From the NCBI GenBank assembly GCA_016206665.1, contig JACQRC010000044.1, forward strand, positions 1 through 61,428: 61,428 nt of DNA. Direction: 5' to 3'. The position numbers were made by a program, and so were the translations under genes. A model generated the notes under the pieces. It saw nothing but the letters and a program-made list of their open reading frames with translations. It was not told where the DNA came from and ran no database searches. Of the stretch, positions 50,271 through 59,848 are shown piece by piece. The stretch comes from Candidatus Omnitrophota bacterium (lineage in GTDB: Bacteria; Omnitrophota; Gorgyraeia; Aquiviventales; JACQRC01). Numbering within the stretch: the stretch's first letter is position 1; each line of letters starts with the position of its first letter.

Positions 50271-51590
50271 ATGAACAGTTCCGTGGCGCGACGCATCTGG
50301 ATCGGCCTGCTGGTGGTCATGGTGGGCCTGCTCGCCTGCAACGTCAGCCCCACCCAGAGCGCCCCCAAGAAGGAGCGGTCGGATTCAATCTATGAGGACC
50401 TGGAACTGCTGACGGATGCCATCTCCATCGTCCAGGCCGAGTACGTCGATGAAACCAAGTCGAAGGATCTCATCTACGGCGCCCTGGAGGGGATGCTGGA
50501 CCACCTGGATCCCAACAGCTCCTTTTTGAATCCCGACGCCTACAAGGAGATGCGGCTGGAGACGGAAGGCGAGTTTGGCGGGCTGGGCATCGAGATCGCG
50601 GTGCGGGATGAGCTGCTGACCATCATCTCGCCCATCGATGACACGCCGGCCGCCAAAGCGGGGCTGAAGGCAGGGGACCGGATCGTCAAAATCAACAACG
50701 AGCTGACTCGCGGACTGACGCTCCAGAACGCGGTCAAGAAACTGCGGGGCAAGCCGGGCAGCCAGGTGGCGCTGACCGTGTTGCGCGAGGGGGAGAAGAA
50801 GCTGCTCGATTACAACCTGACGCGGGACGTCATCAAGATTCAGAGCGTCAAGGACACCAAGATCATCGAGGATCACATCGGCTACGTTCGGATCGCCTCC
50901 TTTCAGGAGCATACGCCGGATGATCTGGAGCAGGCCCTCCAGCGGCTGACGCAGGAGCAGATGCAGGGCTTGATTCTCGACCTGCGGAACAATCCCGGCG
51001 GGCTGCTCGATGTCGCCGTGGCGGTGTCCGAAAAATTTCTGGCGCCCAAAACGCTCGTCGTCTCAACGCGCGGCCGCCGGGGCAACCAGAACATGGAATT
51101 CCGCGCGCGGGGCAGCCGGCACTATCTGAACGTCCCGCTCGTCGTGATGCTCAATGAGGGTAGTGCTTCCGCCTCCGAAATTGTGGCCGGAGCGGTGCAG
51201 GACCACCACCGCGGTGTGTTAGTCGGCACCAAGTCCTTTGGCAAGGGCTCCGTGCAGACCGTCATTCCCATGAAGGACGGCAGCGCGCTGCGCCTGACCA
51301 CGAGCAAGTACTACACGCCGAGCGGCCGCTCGATTCACGGGCTCGGGATCGTTCCCGACGTCGTCGTGGAGGAGATGCCGGCGTTGGTCCAGATGGCGAA
51401 CGTCCCCAACGCCACAGAACTGTTCGAGAAGATTGAGAAGAACACGCTGGAGCCGGACAAGCTGCCATCGCCGGACAAGGACAAGGCGGCCGCGCCCAAG
51501 CCCTACGACATGCAGTTGGCGCGGGCGATTGACTTGATCAAGGGGATCCGGGTGTACCAGAAAGCGCCGGCGGCGACGAGCACGGAGTGA
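50271..51590 (+). CDS. S41 family carboxyl-terminal processing protease
   Basis: GGLGIEI PDZ, DLRNNPGGLL, SASASEIVAG, SFGKGSVQ. Confidence 0.93.
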   Translation: MNSSVARRIWIGLLVVMVGLLACNVSPTQSAPKKERSDSIYEDLELLTDAISIVQAEYVDETKSKDLIYGALEGMLDHLDPNSSFLNPDAYKEMRLETEGEFGGLGIEIAVRDELLTIISPIDDTPAAKAGLKAGDRIVKINNELTRGLTLQNAVKKLRGKPGSQVALTVLREGEKKLLDYNLTRDVIKIQSVKDTKIIEDHIGYVRIASFQEHTPDDLEQALQRLTQEQMQGLILDLRNNPGGLLDVAVAVSEKFLAPKTLVVSTRGRRGNQNMEFRARGSRHYLNVPLVVMLNEGSASASEIVAGAVQDHHRGVLVGTKSFGKGSVQTVIPMKDGSALRLTTSKYYTPSGRSIHGLGIVPDVVVEEMPALVQMANVPNATELFEKIEKNTLEPDKLPSPDKDKAAAPKPYDMQLARAIDLIKGIRVYQKAPAATSTE

Positions 51591-51637
51591 CTAGTGACTA
51601 GTGACTAGTGACTAGTGACTGGTGTCGAGTGACGAGT
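51586..51637 (+). repeat. (AGTGACT)x5 plus two degenerate units
   Basis: Five perfect 7-mers 51586-51620 starting at the protease stop codon, then GGTGTCG and AGTGACG. Confidence 0.92.
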
Positions 51638-51641
51638 ACGC

Positions 51642-52415
51642 ATGAGAATGTCGTATCGACGGTTCATCGCGGTCCTGGTCGTGCTGGCGGTCGCCGGCGG
51701 GTGGGGCGTCCACCAGGCGCTCGAATCCCGCAAGCCGCGGGTGGCGATCGTCATTGATGACGTGGGGTATACGGATCGCTCGGTGGCGGCGGTGCGCCAT
51801 CTGCCGCGGCCCGTGACCTTCTCGATCCTGCCGAACCTGCCACACTCGACCGCGATGGCCCAGGCGGCCCAACAGCGTGGGCATGAGGTGATCATCCACC
51901 TGCCGATGGAGCCGCACGAGCCGGTCTCAAAGGAGGCCGCGCTCCACCTGGAGCAGTACACCGTGCTCGCCGCGATGCACGCAACCGAGGTCGAGGAGAT
52001 CCTCGCGCGCGCCACCGCCTCGGTGCCCTACGCGAAGGGGCTGTCGAATCACATGGGCTCGAAGGCCACCGAGAACCGGCGGGTGATGCGGGAGCTGCTG
52101 CGCGCCCTGAAGGCCCGGCGCATGTTTTTTCTGGATAGCGTTGTGACCACGCGCTCGATGGGTGAGCGGGTGGCCAAGGAGGTGGGCCTGCCCTTTGCGA
52201 GGCGCAGCGTCTTTCTCGACAACGAGGAGCGGCCCGACTACATTGCGCACCAGCTGCGGCTCGTGGCCGCCGAGGCCAGGGTGCGCGGCTCAGCCATCGG
52301 TATCGGCCATGACCGCACGCTCACCTATCAGACGCTGCAGCAGGTGATGCCGGAGTTGCGGAAGGAAGGCATTCGATTTGTCCGCGTGTCGCAGTTGACG
52401 AAGCAGGTGCCATAG
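51642..52415 (+). CDS. Divergent polysaccharide deacetylase family protein
   Basis: AIVIDDVG, IHLPMEP, NHMGS, FLDS, VFLDN, IGIGH. Confidence 0.92.
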   Translation: MRMSYRRFIAVLVVLAVAGGWGVHQALESRKPRVAIVIDDVGYTDRSVAAVRHLPRPVTFSILPNLPHSTAMAQAAQQRGHEVIIHLPMEPHEPVSKEAALHLEQYTVLAAMHATEVEEILARATASVPYAKGLSNHMGSKATENRRVMRELLRALKARRMFFLDSVVTTRSMGERVAKEVGLPFARRSVFLDNEERPDYIAHQLRLVAAEARVRGSAIGIGHDRTLTYQTLQQVMPELRKEGIRFVRVSQLTKQVP

Positions 52416-52417
52416 GC

Positions 52418-53458
52418 ATGTCCCTCGTGTTGGGCATCGAGTCCTCGTGTGACGAGACCTCGGCGGCCGTGGTGCGCGGGGAGCGGCGGGTCCTGTCGAA
52501 CATCGTGGCTTCCAGTCTGGCCTTTCACCGCCGGTATGGCGGCGTCGTCCCCGAGGCGGCCTGCCGGGCGCATGTGGAGGTGATCTGGCCGGTGGTGGAG
52601 CAAGCCCTCGCGGAAGCGAAGGTGCGGTTGCCCGAGCTCGACGCGATTGCCGTCACCTGCGGTCCGGGCCTGGTCGGCGCGCTGCTCGTCGGGGTGGCCT
52701 TTGCGAAGGGCTTGGCCTGCGCCCTCGACAAGCCGCTCATCGGCGTCAGCCATTTGGCCGCGCATTTGTACGCGGGCGTGATGGCCCAGCGCGGGCCGGT
52801 CTTTCCGTGCGTGGGCCTCATCGTCTCAGGCGGTCATACCCTGTTAGTCGAGGCGCGTGACATTGACGACTTTGTCCGCTTGGGGGAGACCCGGGATGAT
52901 GCGGCCGGCGAGGCCTTTGACAAGGTGGCGAAGTTGTTAGGGCTGGGGTATCCAGGCGGGCCGCTCATCGAGCGCCGCGCCCTCGACGGCGAGGCCTCCC
53001 GCGTCCGTCTGCCCAGCCCGGGCCTGGATGATGAGACGCTCGATTTCAGTTTCAGCGGACTGAAGACTGCGGTTCTCTATCACGTGCGCGGCCAACCCAT
53101 GCACAACGGCGCCTCCGTGCGCACGGTCAACGATGTAGCCGCCAGTTTTCAGCGCGTGACGGTGGAGGCGCTGGTGCGCAAGGCCATCGCCGCGAGCCTG
53201 CGCGTCAAGGCGCGGCGGCTGATCGTTGGCGGCGGGGTGGCGGCGAATCAGGCGCTGCGCCAGGCGCTGACGCGCGCCGGGCGCGCGGCCGGGGTGCGCG
53301 TCTGGTTTCCCCCGATGGCTCTGTGCATCGATAATGCGGCCATGATCGCCGGCCTGGGCGCGGCGCTCTTCCGGCGTGGCGTGCGGTCACCCTTGTCGTT
53401 GTCCGTGGATCCCGGCCTGGGCTTGGCGGTGCAGAGTGGAGGTGGCCATCGTGGATGA
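52418..53458 (+). CDS. tsaD: tRNA N6-threonylcarbamoyltransferase
   Basis: LGIESSCDET, GGVVPE, HLAAH, VSGGHT, DDAAGEAFDK, FSFSGLKT, DNAAMI. Confidence 0.97.
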   Translation: MSLVLGIESSCDETSAAVVRGERRVLSNIVASSLAFHRRYGGVVPEAACRAHVEVIWPVVEQALAEAKVRLPELDAIAVTCGPGLVGALLVGVAFAKGLACALDKPLIGVSHLAAHLYAGVMAQRGPVFPCVGLIVSGGHTLLVEARDIDDFVRLGETRDDAAGEAFDKVAKLLGLGYPGGPLIERRALDGEASRVRLPSPGLDDETLDFSFSGLKTAVLYHVRGQPMHNGASVRTVNDVAASFQRVTVEALVRKAIAASLRVKARRLIVGGGVAANQALRQALTRAGRAAGVRVWFPPMALCIDNAAMIAGLGAALFRRGVRSPLSLSVDPGLGLAVQSGGGHRG

Positions 53459-53912
53459 CCGTGACATCATCATACGCCTGCTGCTGGCGACGGTGCTCAG
53501 CGGGCTCATCGGCTTCGAGCGGGAGCGGCACGGCCGGGCGGCCGGGTTGCGCACGCACATGCTCGTCTGCGTGGGCGCTGCGCTCGTCATGCTCACCGCC
53601 ATGCATCTCATGACATTTTCCGAGGCGGATCCGGGCCGCTTCGCCGCGCAGGTCGTGAGCGGCATCGGGTTTCTGGGGGCGGGCACGATCATCCGGTCCC
53701 GGGCCTCGGTGCGCGGGCTGACCACCGCGGCCAGCCTGTGGGCCGTGGCCGGGGTGGGGCTCGCCGTCGGCAGCGGCTTTTTCGTCGGGGCGATCGCCGC
53801 CACCATCATCATGCTGGTCGTGCTACTGGCCTTGCCGATCGTTGAGTACCGGTACATCGGCAAAGGTGCTCATGTGGAACCGGATGAGGAAGACGCGGGC
53901 GAGTCGTCGTAA
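53451..53912 (+). CDS. MgtC/SapB family membrane protein
   Basis: IGFERE, AGLRTH, AQVVSGIGFLGAG, GLTTAA; GGAGG RBS. Confidence 0.92.
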   Translation: MDDRDIIIRLLLATVLSGLIGFERERHGRAAGLRTHMLVCVGAALVMLTAMHLMTFSEADPGRFAAQVVSGIGFLGAGTIIRSRASVRGLTTAASLWAVAGVGLAVGSGFFVGAIAATIIMLVVLLALPIVEYRYIGKGAHVEPDEEDAGESS

Positions 53913-53933
53913 GCACACGCAGGGAGGTGCCCA

Positions 53934-54467
53934 ATGCCGCTACGCAGAGCTCGGCCGGAAGAGGCAGCGCAGGATCGGGTGCTCGACGTCGATGCCGGAA
54001 TGCAGGGCAGCCTGTCGTTTAGGGACCCGGTGAATCTGCGCATCAACGGGCGATTCGAGGGGCGGCTGACCACGCGGGGCCAGCTGACCATCGGGGAGAA
54101 GGCTGAGGTGCGGGCCACGATCGAGGGGGAGTCGGTGGTGATCGCCGGGCGGCTGGAGGGGGATATCACCGTCACCCAGCGGCTGGAGATCGCCTCGACG
54201 GGCAGGGTCTCAGGCAACATCCGCACGCCGGTGCTCGTCGTGCAGGAGGGCGCCATCCTGCAGGGGCAGTGCGTGATGGGGCAGGCGTCGGGCAGCGAGT
54301 CGGAATTTTTGACCATCGAAGAGATGGCCCGATACCTGGAAGTCGAGCCGGCGGCGATTCATGAGTGGGCGACCAGCGGCCGCATGCCGGCGGTGAAAGA
54401 CGGCGCCGGCTGGCGGTTCGACCGGACGAAGATCGATGAGTGGATCGCGCAGGAGAAGATCAAATAG
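53934..54467 (+). CDS. Bactofilin fused to an excisionase-like HTH
   Basis: GSLSF..NLRINGRFEG..LTIGEKAEV..IAGRLEGDI..GAILQGQC, then FLTIEEMARYLEV..MPAVK..WRF. Confidence 0.87.
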   Translation: MPLRRARPEEAAQDRVLDVDAGMQGSLSFRDPVNLRINGRFEGRLTTRGQLTIGEKAEVRATIEGESVVIAGRLEGDITVTQRLEIASTGRVSGNIRTPVLVVQEGAILQGQCVMGQASGSESEFLTIEEMARYLEVEPAAIHEWATSGRMPAVKDGAGWRFDRTKIDEWIAQEKIK

Positions 54468-54790
54468 AACCCAAACTGCTGACGAAGGCTGAGGCGGCCG
54501 CCTATCTGGGCGTGGCCGAGCGCGATCTCGAACGCCTCGTGGCGCTCGGGCAGGTGCCGGCCTACCGCGTCGGCGGGCAGTTTCTGCGCTTCCGTCCCGA
54601 GCAGCTCGATGGACTGAAGGGGGTCCGGTTGGCCGAGAAGCTGGCCCGCCTCAACGCGTTGGCTCCCCGGATGACCCTGTGGGCGCGGGCGAGGGATGGG
54701 GCACTCGACTTTCTCTACTTCAACGACTTTTACCTGGTCTCGGCCGTGCTGGCCGTCGTCTTGCTCGTCATCTTTGCGCGCCAGCAGTAA
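54440..54790 (+). CDS. Excisionase-like HTH protein with C-terminal TM helix
   Basis: LLTKAEAAAYLGV..VPAYRVGGQFLRF; DFLYFNDFY then hydrophobic helix; start uncertain. Confidence 0.8.
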   Translation: MDRAGEDQIEPKLLTKAEAAAYLGVAERDLERLVALGQVPAYRVGGQFLRFRPEQLDGLKGVRLAEKLARLNALAPRMTLWARARDGALDFLYFNDFYLVSAVLAVVLLVIFARQQ

Positions 54791-54814
54791 GGCGCAGCGC
54801 CACGCTCCCACGGC

Positions 54815-55567
54815 ATGATCTATACGGTGCCACGAGTACAGCGGATGTTGCAGGACCTGCGTCAACGGCGGCGCAGCGTCGCCCAGGTGATGCAGGAGCT
54901 GCGGCAGCTGCCGGTGGATGATGTCGGCTTCGCCAAGCTGGACACTCATCGCGGGCTGCGGCGCGGCCTGCCCGAGGCGATCTACTGCAACGGTAAAACG
55001 CTCGAGCAGCTGTCCATCCTCATCGACCGGCTGGGGCGCGTCGCCGATCCCGTGCTGCTGACGCGACTGACGGCCGCGCGGTACGCCCAACTGGGCAGGC
55101 GCCACCCGCGTCTCCGGTACGCCGCCGAGGCGCGGTTGGGCTATCTGACGCTGCGGCGCCGGCGGCCGTTGCGGCGGGGGAGGGTCGTCGTCGTGACCGG
55201 CGGCACGGCGGATGGGCCGGTCGCCGAGGAGGCGGCCGCCACCCTCGAGATTCTGGGCCATCGCGTCACACGGCTGCTCGACGTGGGCGTGGCGGGCGTG
55301 CATCGGGTGCTGGCGCATCAGCGCGCGCTGCAAGGGGCGCGGGTCGTCATCGTCGTGGCCGGGATGGAAGGGGCGTTGGCGAGCGTGGTGGCCGGGTTGA
55401 CGGCCGCGCCGATCGTCGCGGTGCCGACGAGCGTGGGGTACGGCGCCAGCTTCCGCGGCATCGCTCCCTTGCTGACCATGCTGAACAGCTGCGCGCCGGG
55501 CGTGGGGGTCGTCAACATCGACAACGGATTTGGCGCCGCCTACCTTGCGCATCTCATCCGTCGGTGA
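54815..55567 (+). CDS. larB: Nickel-pincer cofactor biosynthesis protein (AIR carboxylase-like)
   Basis: FAKLDTHR..GLPEAIY..GK, GTAD.PVAEEA, DVGVAGVHR, AGMEGAL, PTSVGYG, VNIDNGFGA. Confidence 0.93.
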   Translation: MIYTVPRVQRMLQDLRQRRRSVAQVMQELRQLPVDDVGFAKLDTHRGLRRGLPEAIYCNGKTLEQLSILIDRLGRVADPVLLTRLTAARYAQLGRRHPRLRYAAEARLGYLTLRRRRPLRRGRVVVVTGGTADGPVAEEAAATLEILGHRVTRLLDVGVAGVHRVLAHQRALQGARVVIVVAGMEGALASVVAGLTAAPIVAVPTSVGYGASFRGIAPLLTMLNSCAPGVGVVNIDNGFGAAYLAHLIRR

Positions 55568-55675
55568 CCCCACCACCTGCTGCCAGGCCCGCAGGGCCGG
55601 TCGGCCGTAGGGCCGACGCCCCGCCGTGGCGCAAATCGTCACGGGACTGGCGGGGCGCAGCAGGTGGTGGGGTGA
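55565..55675. mobile_element. Family B MITE-like element, copy 3
   Basis: TGA-CCCCACCACCTGCTGC...GCAGCAGGTGGTGGGG-TGA. Confidence 0.75.
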
Positions 55676-56007
55676 GCCCCTCTCGTCGGCCCCTCGTCGG
55701 CTCCAGCCTCGGACGCGCCCGGCGCAGCCATCGGGTCATACCGGCCTGGGCGGCACGGCTCCGGAGCCGAGAGATCCTCCTGAGCTCGGGGGGCGCGATG
55801 GCTTGGCACTCCACGCGGGAACGCGAAGAGCTGCTGGTCTGTCTGGCGGGATGCGCCGTGCTGGAATGGCGTCGAGGACCAGGCGCCGCGACACCGGTCC
55901 GCGTCCGCCTCAGGGCCGGGCAGACCGCCTTTGTGGGCGCAGGCATCCGGCACCGGGTCGTGAATGCCGGCGCCGGGCCGCTGCGGTATTTGTATGTGAC
56001 CGGATAG
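55672..56007 (+). CDS. Cupin domain protein
   Basis: WHST..REELLVCLAG, GQTAFV..IRHRVVN; may start at GTG 55564 through the element. Confidence 0.78.
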   Translation: MSPSRRPLVGSSLGRARRSHRVIPAWAARLRSREILLSSGGAMAWHSTREREELLVCLAGCAVLEWRRGPGAATPVRVRLRAGQTAFVGAGIRHRVVNAGAGPLRYLYVTG

Positions 56008-56031
56008 CGTGGTATCCTCGATAGGAAGCGC

Positions 56032-56060
56032 TTGACACTGATGACCATGGATGATAGACT
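56032..56060 (+). promoter_or_regulatory. sigma70-type promoter
   Basis: TTGACA-17 nt-TAGACT with an extended -10 TG. Confidence 0.72.
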
Positions 56061-56094
56061 ACCCGTTGCACGCCAGGTGAGGAACCTATCCACT

Positions 56095-56994
56095 ATGCCC
56101 CTTACGGGCCATCCGTGGCGGCGTCTGGGTGTGAGCATGGCAGTGGTCATCGCCATCGGGGCACCGGCGCTGTCGTCAGCACAATCTCTTGCCAATGAAG
56201 CCGTGGAGTATCGGGTCAAGGGCTACGAATTACAGCGGCAGGGAGAGGCGTCCGCCGCCATGGCCAACTATCAAAAGGCCGTGGCCATCGATCCCACCTA
56301 CGCGGCTCCGCACAACGACCTGGGTGTCCTGTTCGAAGTCCAGGGAGAGATGAACCGGGCCGAGGCCGAGTACCAGGCGGCGATCAAGGCCGATCCGAAC
56401 TATCTCGAAGCCTACACCAACCTCGCGTTGCTGTACGAAAAGCTGGGGCAGAAGGAGCGGGCGATCTATTACTGGCTGAAGCGCGCCTCGATGGGCCATC
56501 CCCTCGATGCGTGGACGATTCGGGCCAAGGAGCGGCTCGTGGCCGTCGGCGTCTTTGAAAAGAAGGAAGACATTGAGTGGTCGGTGCAGGAGGCGCAGCA
56601 GGATGCCATCTTGCTGATCGCCCAGGAGTACGCCAGGGCCAAGGAGCTCTTTGCCAACGCCTCCTACTTTGAAGCCATCCTGGTCTTCCAAAAGGTGGTC
56701 CGCCTGGAGCAGGAGTACCGGCCCATCTACACGCCCTATGCGCTCGAGTACATCCGGCGCTCGCAAGTGGCCATTGCCGAGCTCGAACGCCAGGGGCTGA
56801 ATCCATCGCTGGAGTTGCCTGCGATGGGCCGGACAGCAACGCCAGGGGCTTCGGTGAGCGCCACGCCGGAGGCGCCGCTTTCGATGCGGGACCGGGTCCT
56901 GCGCCGCCAGTTGGACGAGATGGAGCACGCTCTCAGTCGTTACGAGCGCACCACCGATAAACAAGGAGACTGGAACAAGCGGCCGTTTCCGTAA
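56095..56994 (+). CDS. Exported TPR protein
   Basis: YQKAVAIDPTYAAPHNDLGV, YQAAIKADPNYLEAYTNLA; start placed downstream of the promoter after GAGG. Confidence 0.85.
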   Translation: MPLTGHPWRRLGVSMAVVIAIGAPALSSAQSLANEAVEYRVKGYELQRQGEASAAMANYQKAVAIDPTYAAPHNDLGVLFEVQGEMNRAEAEYQAAIKADPNYLEAYTNLALLYEKLGQKERAIYYWLKRASMGHPLDAWTIRAKERLVAVGVFEKKEDIEWSVQEAQQDAILLIAQEYARAKELFANASYFEAILVFQKVVRLEQEYRPIYTPYALEYIRRSQVAIAELERQGLNPSLELPAMGRTATPGASVSATPEAPLSMRDRVLRRQLDEMEHALSRYERTTDKQGDWNKRPFP

Positions 56995-57135
56995 TCGACT
57001 TTCCGCATAGCCCTCTCGATTCTCGCCGGTTCCCCAGCACCATGACACTCCCACGGCCACAACGACGCAGGATTCGACGCGACCCATAACGCACCCCATC
57101 TCTGCATCACGAACGGGCACTCCGAAGCGCCTGCC

Positions 57136-57196
57136 CCGCCAGACGTCAACGGGTGGGCGGGGCCTGAGCCGCCAGATGTCAACGGGTGGGCGGGGC
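57136..57196 (+). repeat. 28-nt direct repeat x2 (period 33) at the polA start
   Basis: CCGCCAGA(C/T)GTCAACGGGTGGGCGGGGC at 57136 and 57169. Confidence 0.88.
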
Positions 57197-59845
57197 GTGC
57201 CTGCGCCTCCGGCCGGGCCCCGGGTTGAGCGCGCGGTCCTCATCGATGGCCACTCGATGTGTTACCGCGCGTTCTACGCGATCCGCAGCCTGGCGACCTC
57301 GACAGGGAAGCCGACCAACGCCGTCTACGGCATGCTGGTCATGGTGCGGCGGTTGCAGGAGGAGTTGCAGCCGGATTACCTGGCCGTGGCCTTTGATGTG
57401 GCCGCGCCCACCTTTCGGCATGAGCGGTTCGAGGCCTACAAGCGCCACCGCAAGCCGATGCCGGAGGCGTTGATTGAACAATGGCCCACGATCAAAGAGT
57501 TGCTGGCCGCCTATCGCATTCCGGTGTTTGAGCAGGCCGGCTTCGAGGCCGACGATGTGCTGGCGACGATGGCCAAGCAGTTATCCGGCGGCAGCCGCGA
57601 GGTCTGGATTGTCACGGCCGATAAGGACATCCTGCAGATGGTCGGTCCCAGCGTGAAGGTGTACAACCCGCAGCTGAAGGGCGCCGAGGTGATGGATGCC
57701 AAAGCGGTGGAGACCAAATTCGGCGTGGAACCGCGGCGCGTGGCGGAGCTGCTCGCCTTGACCGGCGATGTCTCGGACGGCATTCCCCCTGTGCCCGGCA
57801 TCGGGCCCAAGACGGCGGTGGAATTGCTGCAGCAATTCACCTCGCTGGAGCAGCTGGTAGCGCATCCCGAACGGATTGGCTCTGAGAGCGTGCGGGAGGC
57901 GGTGCGCCGGCACGCGCAGGTCATCCTGGATAATTTTGCTTTGACGCACCTGCGCATCGATGTGCCGGTGGTGGCCGAGGCGGAGCGGCTGCGCGTGCAG
58001 CAGCCGGATGCACGCCGGCTCTGGAGGCTGTGCCGTGATTTGGAGTTCAAATCCTTGCTCAAAACGATGACGGTGCCCCAGGAGGGGGCTGCCGTGCCGG
58101 TCATCCTCGTCGAGGAGGACCAGGCGTGGCAGGCCTGCCTGGACCGTCTGCGCCGGGCGCAGGCCGTCGCCCTGACGCCGGACGTCATCGTTGGCGACCG
58201 CACCCTGGTGTGGCGCGGCTGCGGCCTCTCCTGTGATGGAGGCCAGGCCTGGTACATCGCGGCGTCGGAGGAGCCTGCATCGTGGCTGGCTGCCGTGCTC
58301 GCCGAGGCCTCCATCGGGAAGATCCTCTATGACGCCAAGGCGCTCTGGCATCTGGCGGCACAGCAGGGATGGACGCTGGCCGGTCTGCAATGCGACCTGC
58401 GCCTCGCAGCCTATGTGCTGAACCCGGCGCAGGGCACCGCGACGCTGAACGAATTGACGATGACGCACCTGGATGCGCCCGCGCCCGCCGCCGTGACGGA
58501 GTTGGAAACGCCGGCGGCGAGGCGACAGGCCTGCGGCCGGGCCGCGGCGCTGAGTTGGCGGCTGGGGCGCACCCTGCAGGAGCAGCTGCGCGAGAAACAG
58601 CTCGACCGCCTGTACCGTGAGGTGGAGCTGCCGCTCATTGAGGTCCTGGCGCAGATGGAGCGCAGGGGGATCGCCCTGGATCCCGCGGCCCTCTCCACGC
58701 TCGCCGCCTCCATGCGCAGCCGGTTGACGGCGCTCACCCGGCAGATTTACGAGGCGGCCGGCGGCACCTTCAATATCAACTCGCCGAAACAGCTCGCTGG
58801 CGTGCTCTTTGACCAGCTCAAGCTGCCGGTCACGAAGCGCACGAAGACCGGCCCCTCGACCGATATGGACGTGCTGCAGAAACTCTCCGACCAACACCCC
58901 CTGCCCAGACTGTTGCTGGAATATCGCGAACTCTCGAAGCTCTCCTCCACCTACGTGGAGGTCCTGCCGGGCCTGCTCGACCCGATGACGCACCGCCTGC
59001 ACACCACCTTTCATCAGAGCGTCACCGCCACCGGGCGGCTCTCATCGAGCGATCCCAATGTGCAAAACATCCCCATCAAGACCGACTTGGGCCGGCAGAT
59101 CCGCCAGGCCTTCGTGGCCGGCGAACCGGGCTGGGCGCTGCTCTCGGCCGACTATTCCCAGATCGAGCTGCGAGTGCTGGCCCACCTCTCCGGCGATGAG
59201 CGGCTGTGCCGCGCCTTTGGGCAGGGGCGTGACATCCACACCTTCACCGCGTCGCTGATCTACGGGGTCGAGGAGCCCCAGGTGCAGCCGGAGATGCGCA
59301 ACGCCGCCAAGACCGTCAACTTCGGCATCGTCTATGGCATCAGCGCCTACGGCCTGGCCCAGCAGTTGGCGATCCCCCAGGAGGCGGCGCAGGCCTTCAT
59401 CGACGCCTACTTTGAGCGGTATCCCGGCGTGCGCGCCTACAGGGATCGGCAGATCGCGTTGGCCCGGCGGGAAGGCTACGTCACGACGCTGTTAGGACGG
59501 CGCCGGTACATTCCCGAGCTGCAGAGCGCGGACGGCACGTTGCGCCAGTTCGGGGAGCGCACCGCGGTCAATACGCCGGTCCAGGGCACGGCCGCCGATC
59601 TCATCAAACTGGCGATGATCCGCGTGCACCGCGCCCTGCCCGAGGCCGGGCTGGCCGCGCGTTTGCTGCTGCAGGTCCATGATGAGCTGCTCTTTGAGCT
59701 CCCCGACAGCGAGCTACTCCGCGCCGTGCCTGTGGTGCGCGAGGCGATGGAGCGGGCCCTGCGCCTCGAGGTGCCGGTCGTCGTGACGATGAAAGCCGGC
59801 CAGAACTGGCTGGAAATGCGCGGCCTCGGCCAGGCGCAGCCTTAA
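57176..59845 (+). CDS. polA: DNA polymerase I
   Basis: LIDGHS, FEADDV, GIGPKTA, TGRLSS, ADYSQIELR, AKTVNFG, LQVHDEL; start uncertain. Confidence 0.97.
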   Translation: MSTGGRGVPAPPAGPRVERAVLIDGHSMCYRAFYAIRSLATSTGKPTNAVYGMLVMVRRLQEELQPDYLAVAFDVAAPTFRHERFEAYKRHRKPMPEALIEQWPTIKELLAAYRIPVFEQAGFEADDVLATMAKQLSGGSREVWIVTADKDILQMVGPSVKVYNPQLKGAEVMDAKAVETKFGVEPRRVAELLALTGDVSDGIPPVPGIGPKTAVELLQQFTSLEQLVAHPERIGSESVREAVRRHAQVILDNFALTHLRIDVPVVAEAERLRVQQPDARRLWRLCRDLEFKSLLKTMTVPQEGAAVPVILVEEDQAWQACLDRLRRAQAVALTPDVIVGDRTLVWRGCGLSCDGGQAWYIAASEEPASWLAAVLAEASIGKILYDAKALWHLAAQQGWTLAGLQCDLRLAAYVLNPAQGTATLNELTMTHLDAPAPAAVTELETPAARRQACGRAAALSWRLGRTLQEQLREKQLDRLYREVELPLIEVLAQMERRGIALDPAALSTLAASMRSRLTALTRQIYEAAGGTFNINSPKQLAGVLFDQLKLPVTKRTKTGPSTDMDVLQKLSDQHPLPRLLLEYRELSKLSSTYVEVLPGLLDPMTHRLHTTFHQSVTATGRLSSSDPNVQNIPIKTDLGRQIRQAFVAGEPGWALLSADYSQIELRVLAHLSGDERLCRAFGQGRDIHTFTASLIYGVEEPQVQPEMRNAAKTVNFGIVYGISAYGLAQQLAIPQEAAQAFIDAYFERYPGVRAYRDRQIALARREGYVTTLLGRRRYIPELQSADGTLRQFGERTAVNTPVQGTAADLIKLAMIRVHRALPEAGLAARLLLQVHDELLFELPDSELLRAVPVVREAMERALRLEVPVVVTMKAGQNWLEMRGLGQAQP

Positions 59846-59848
59846 TCG

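Noticed and set aside
53934-54790. Prophage or integrative element implied by excisionase-like HTH genes
   Set aside because: No integrase, att site, tRNA or compositional break; the genes are embedded in a housekeeping operon.
56995-57135. Possible ncRNA such as 6S in the C/A-rich gap before polA
   Set aside because: I could not find a convincing long stem or known motif on either strand.
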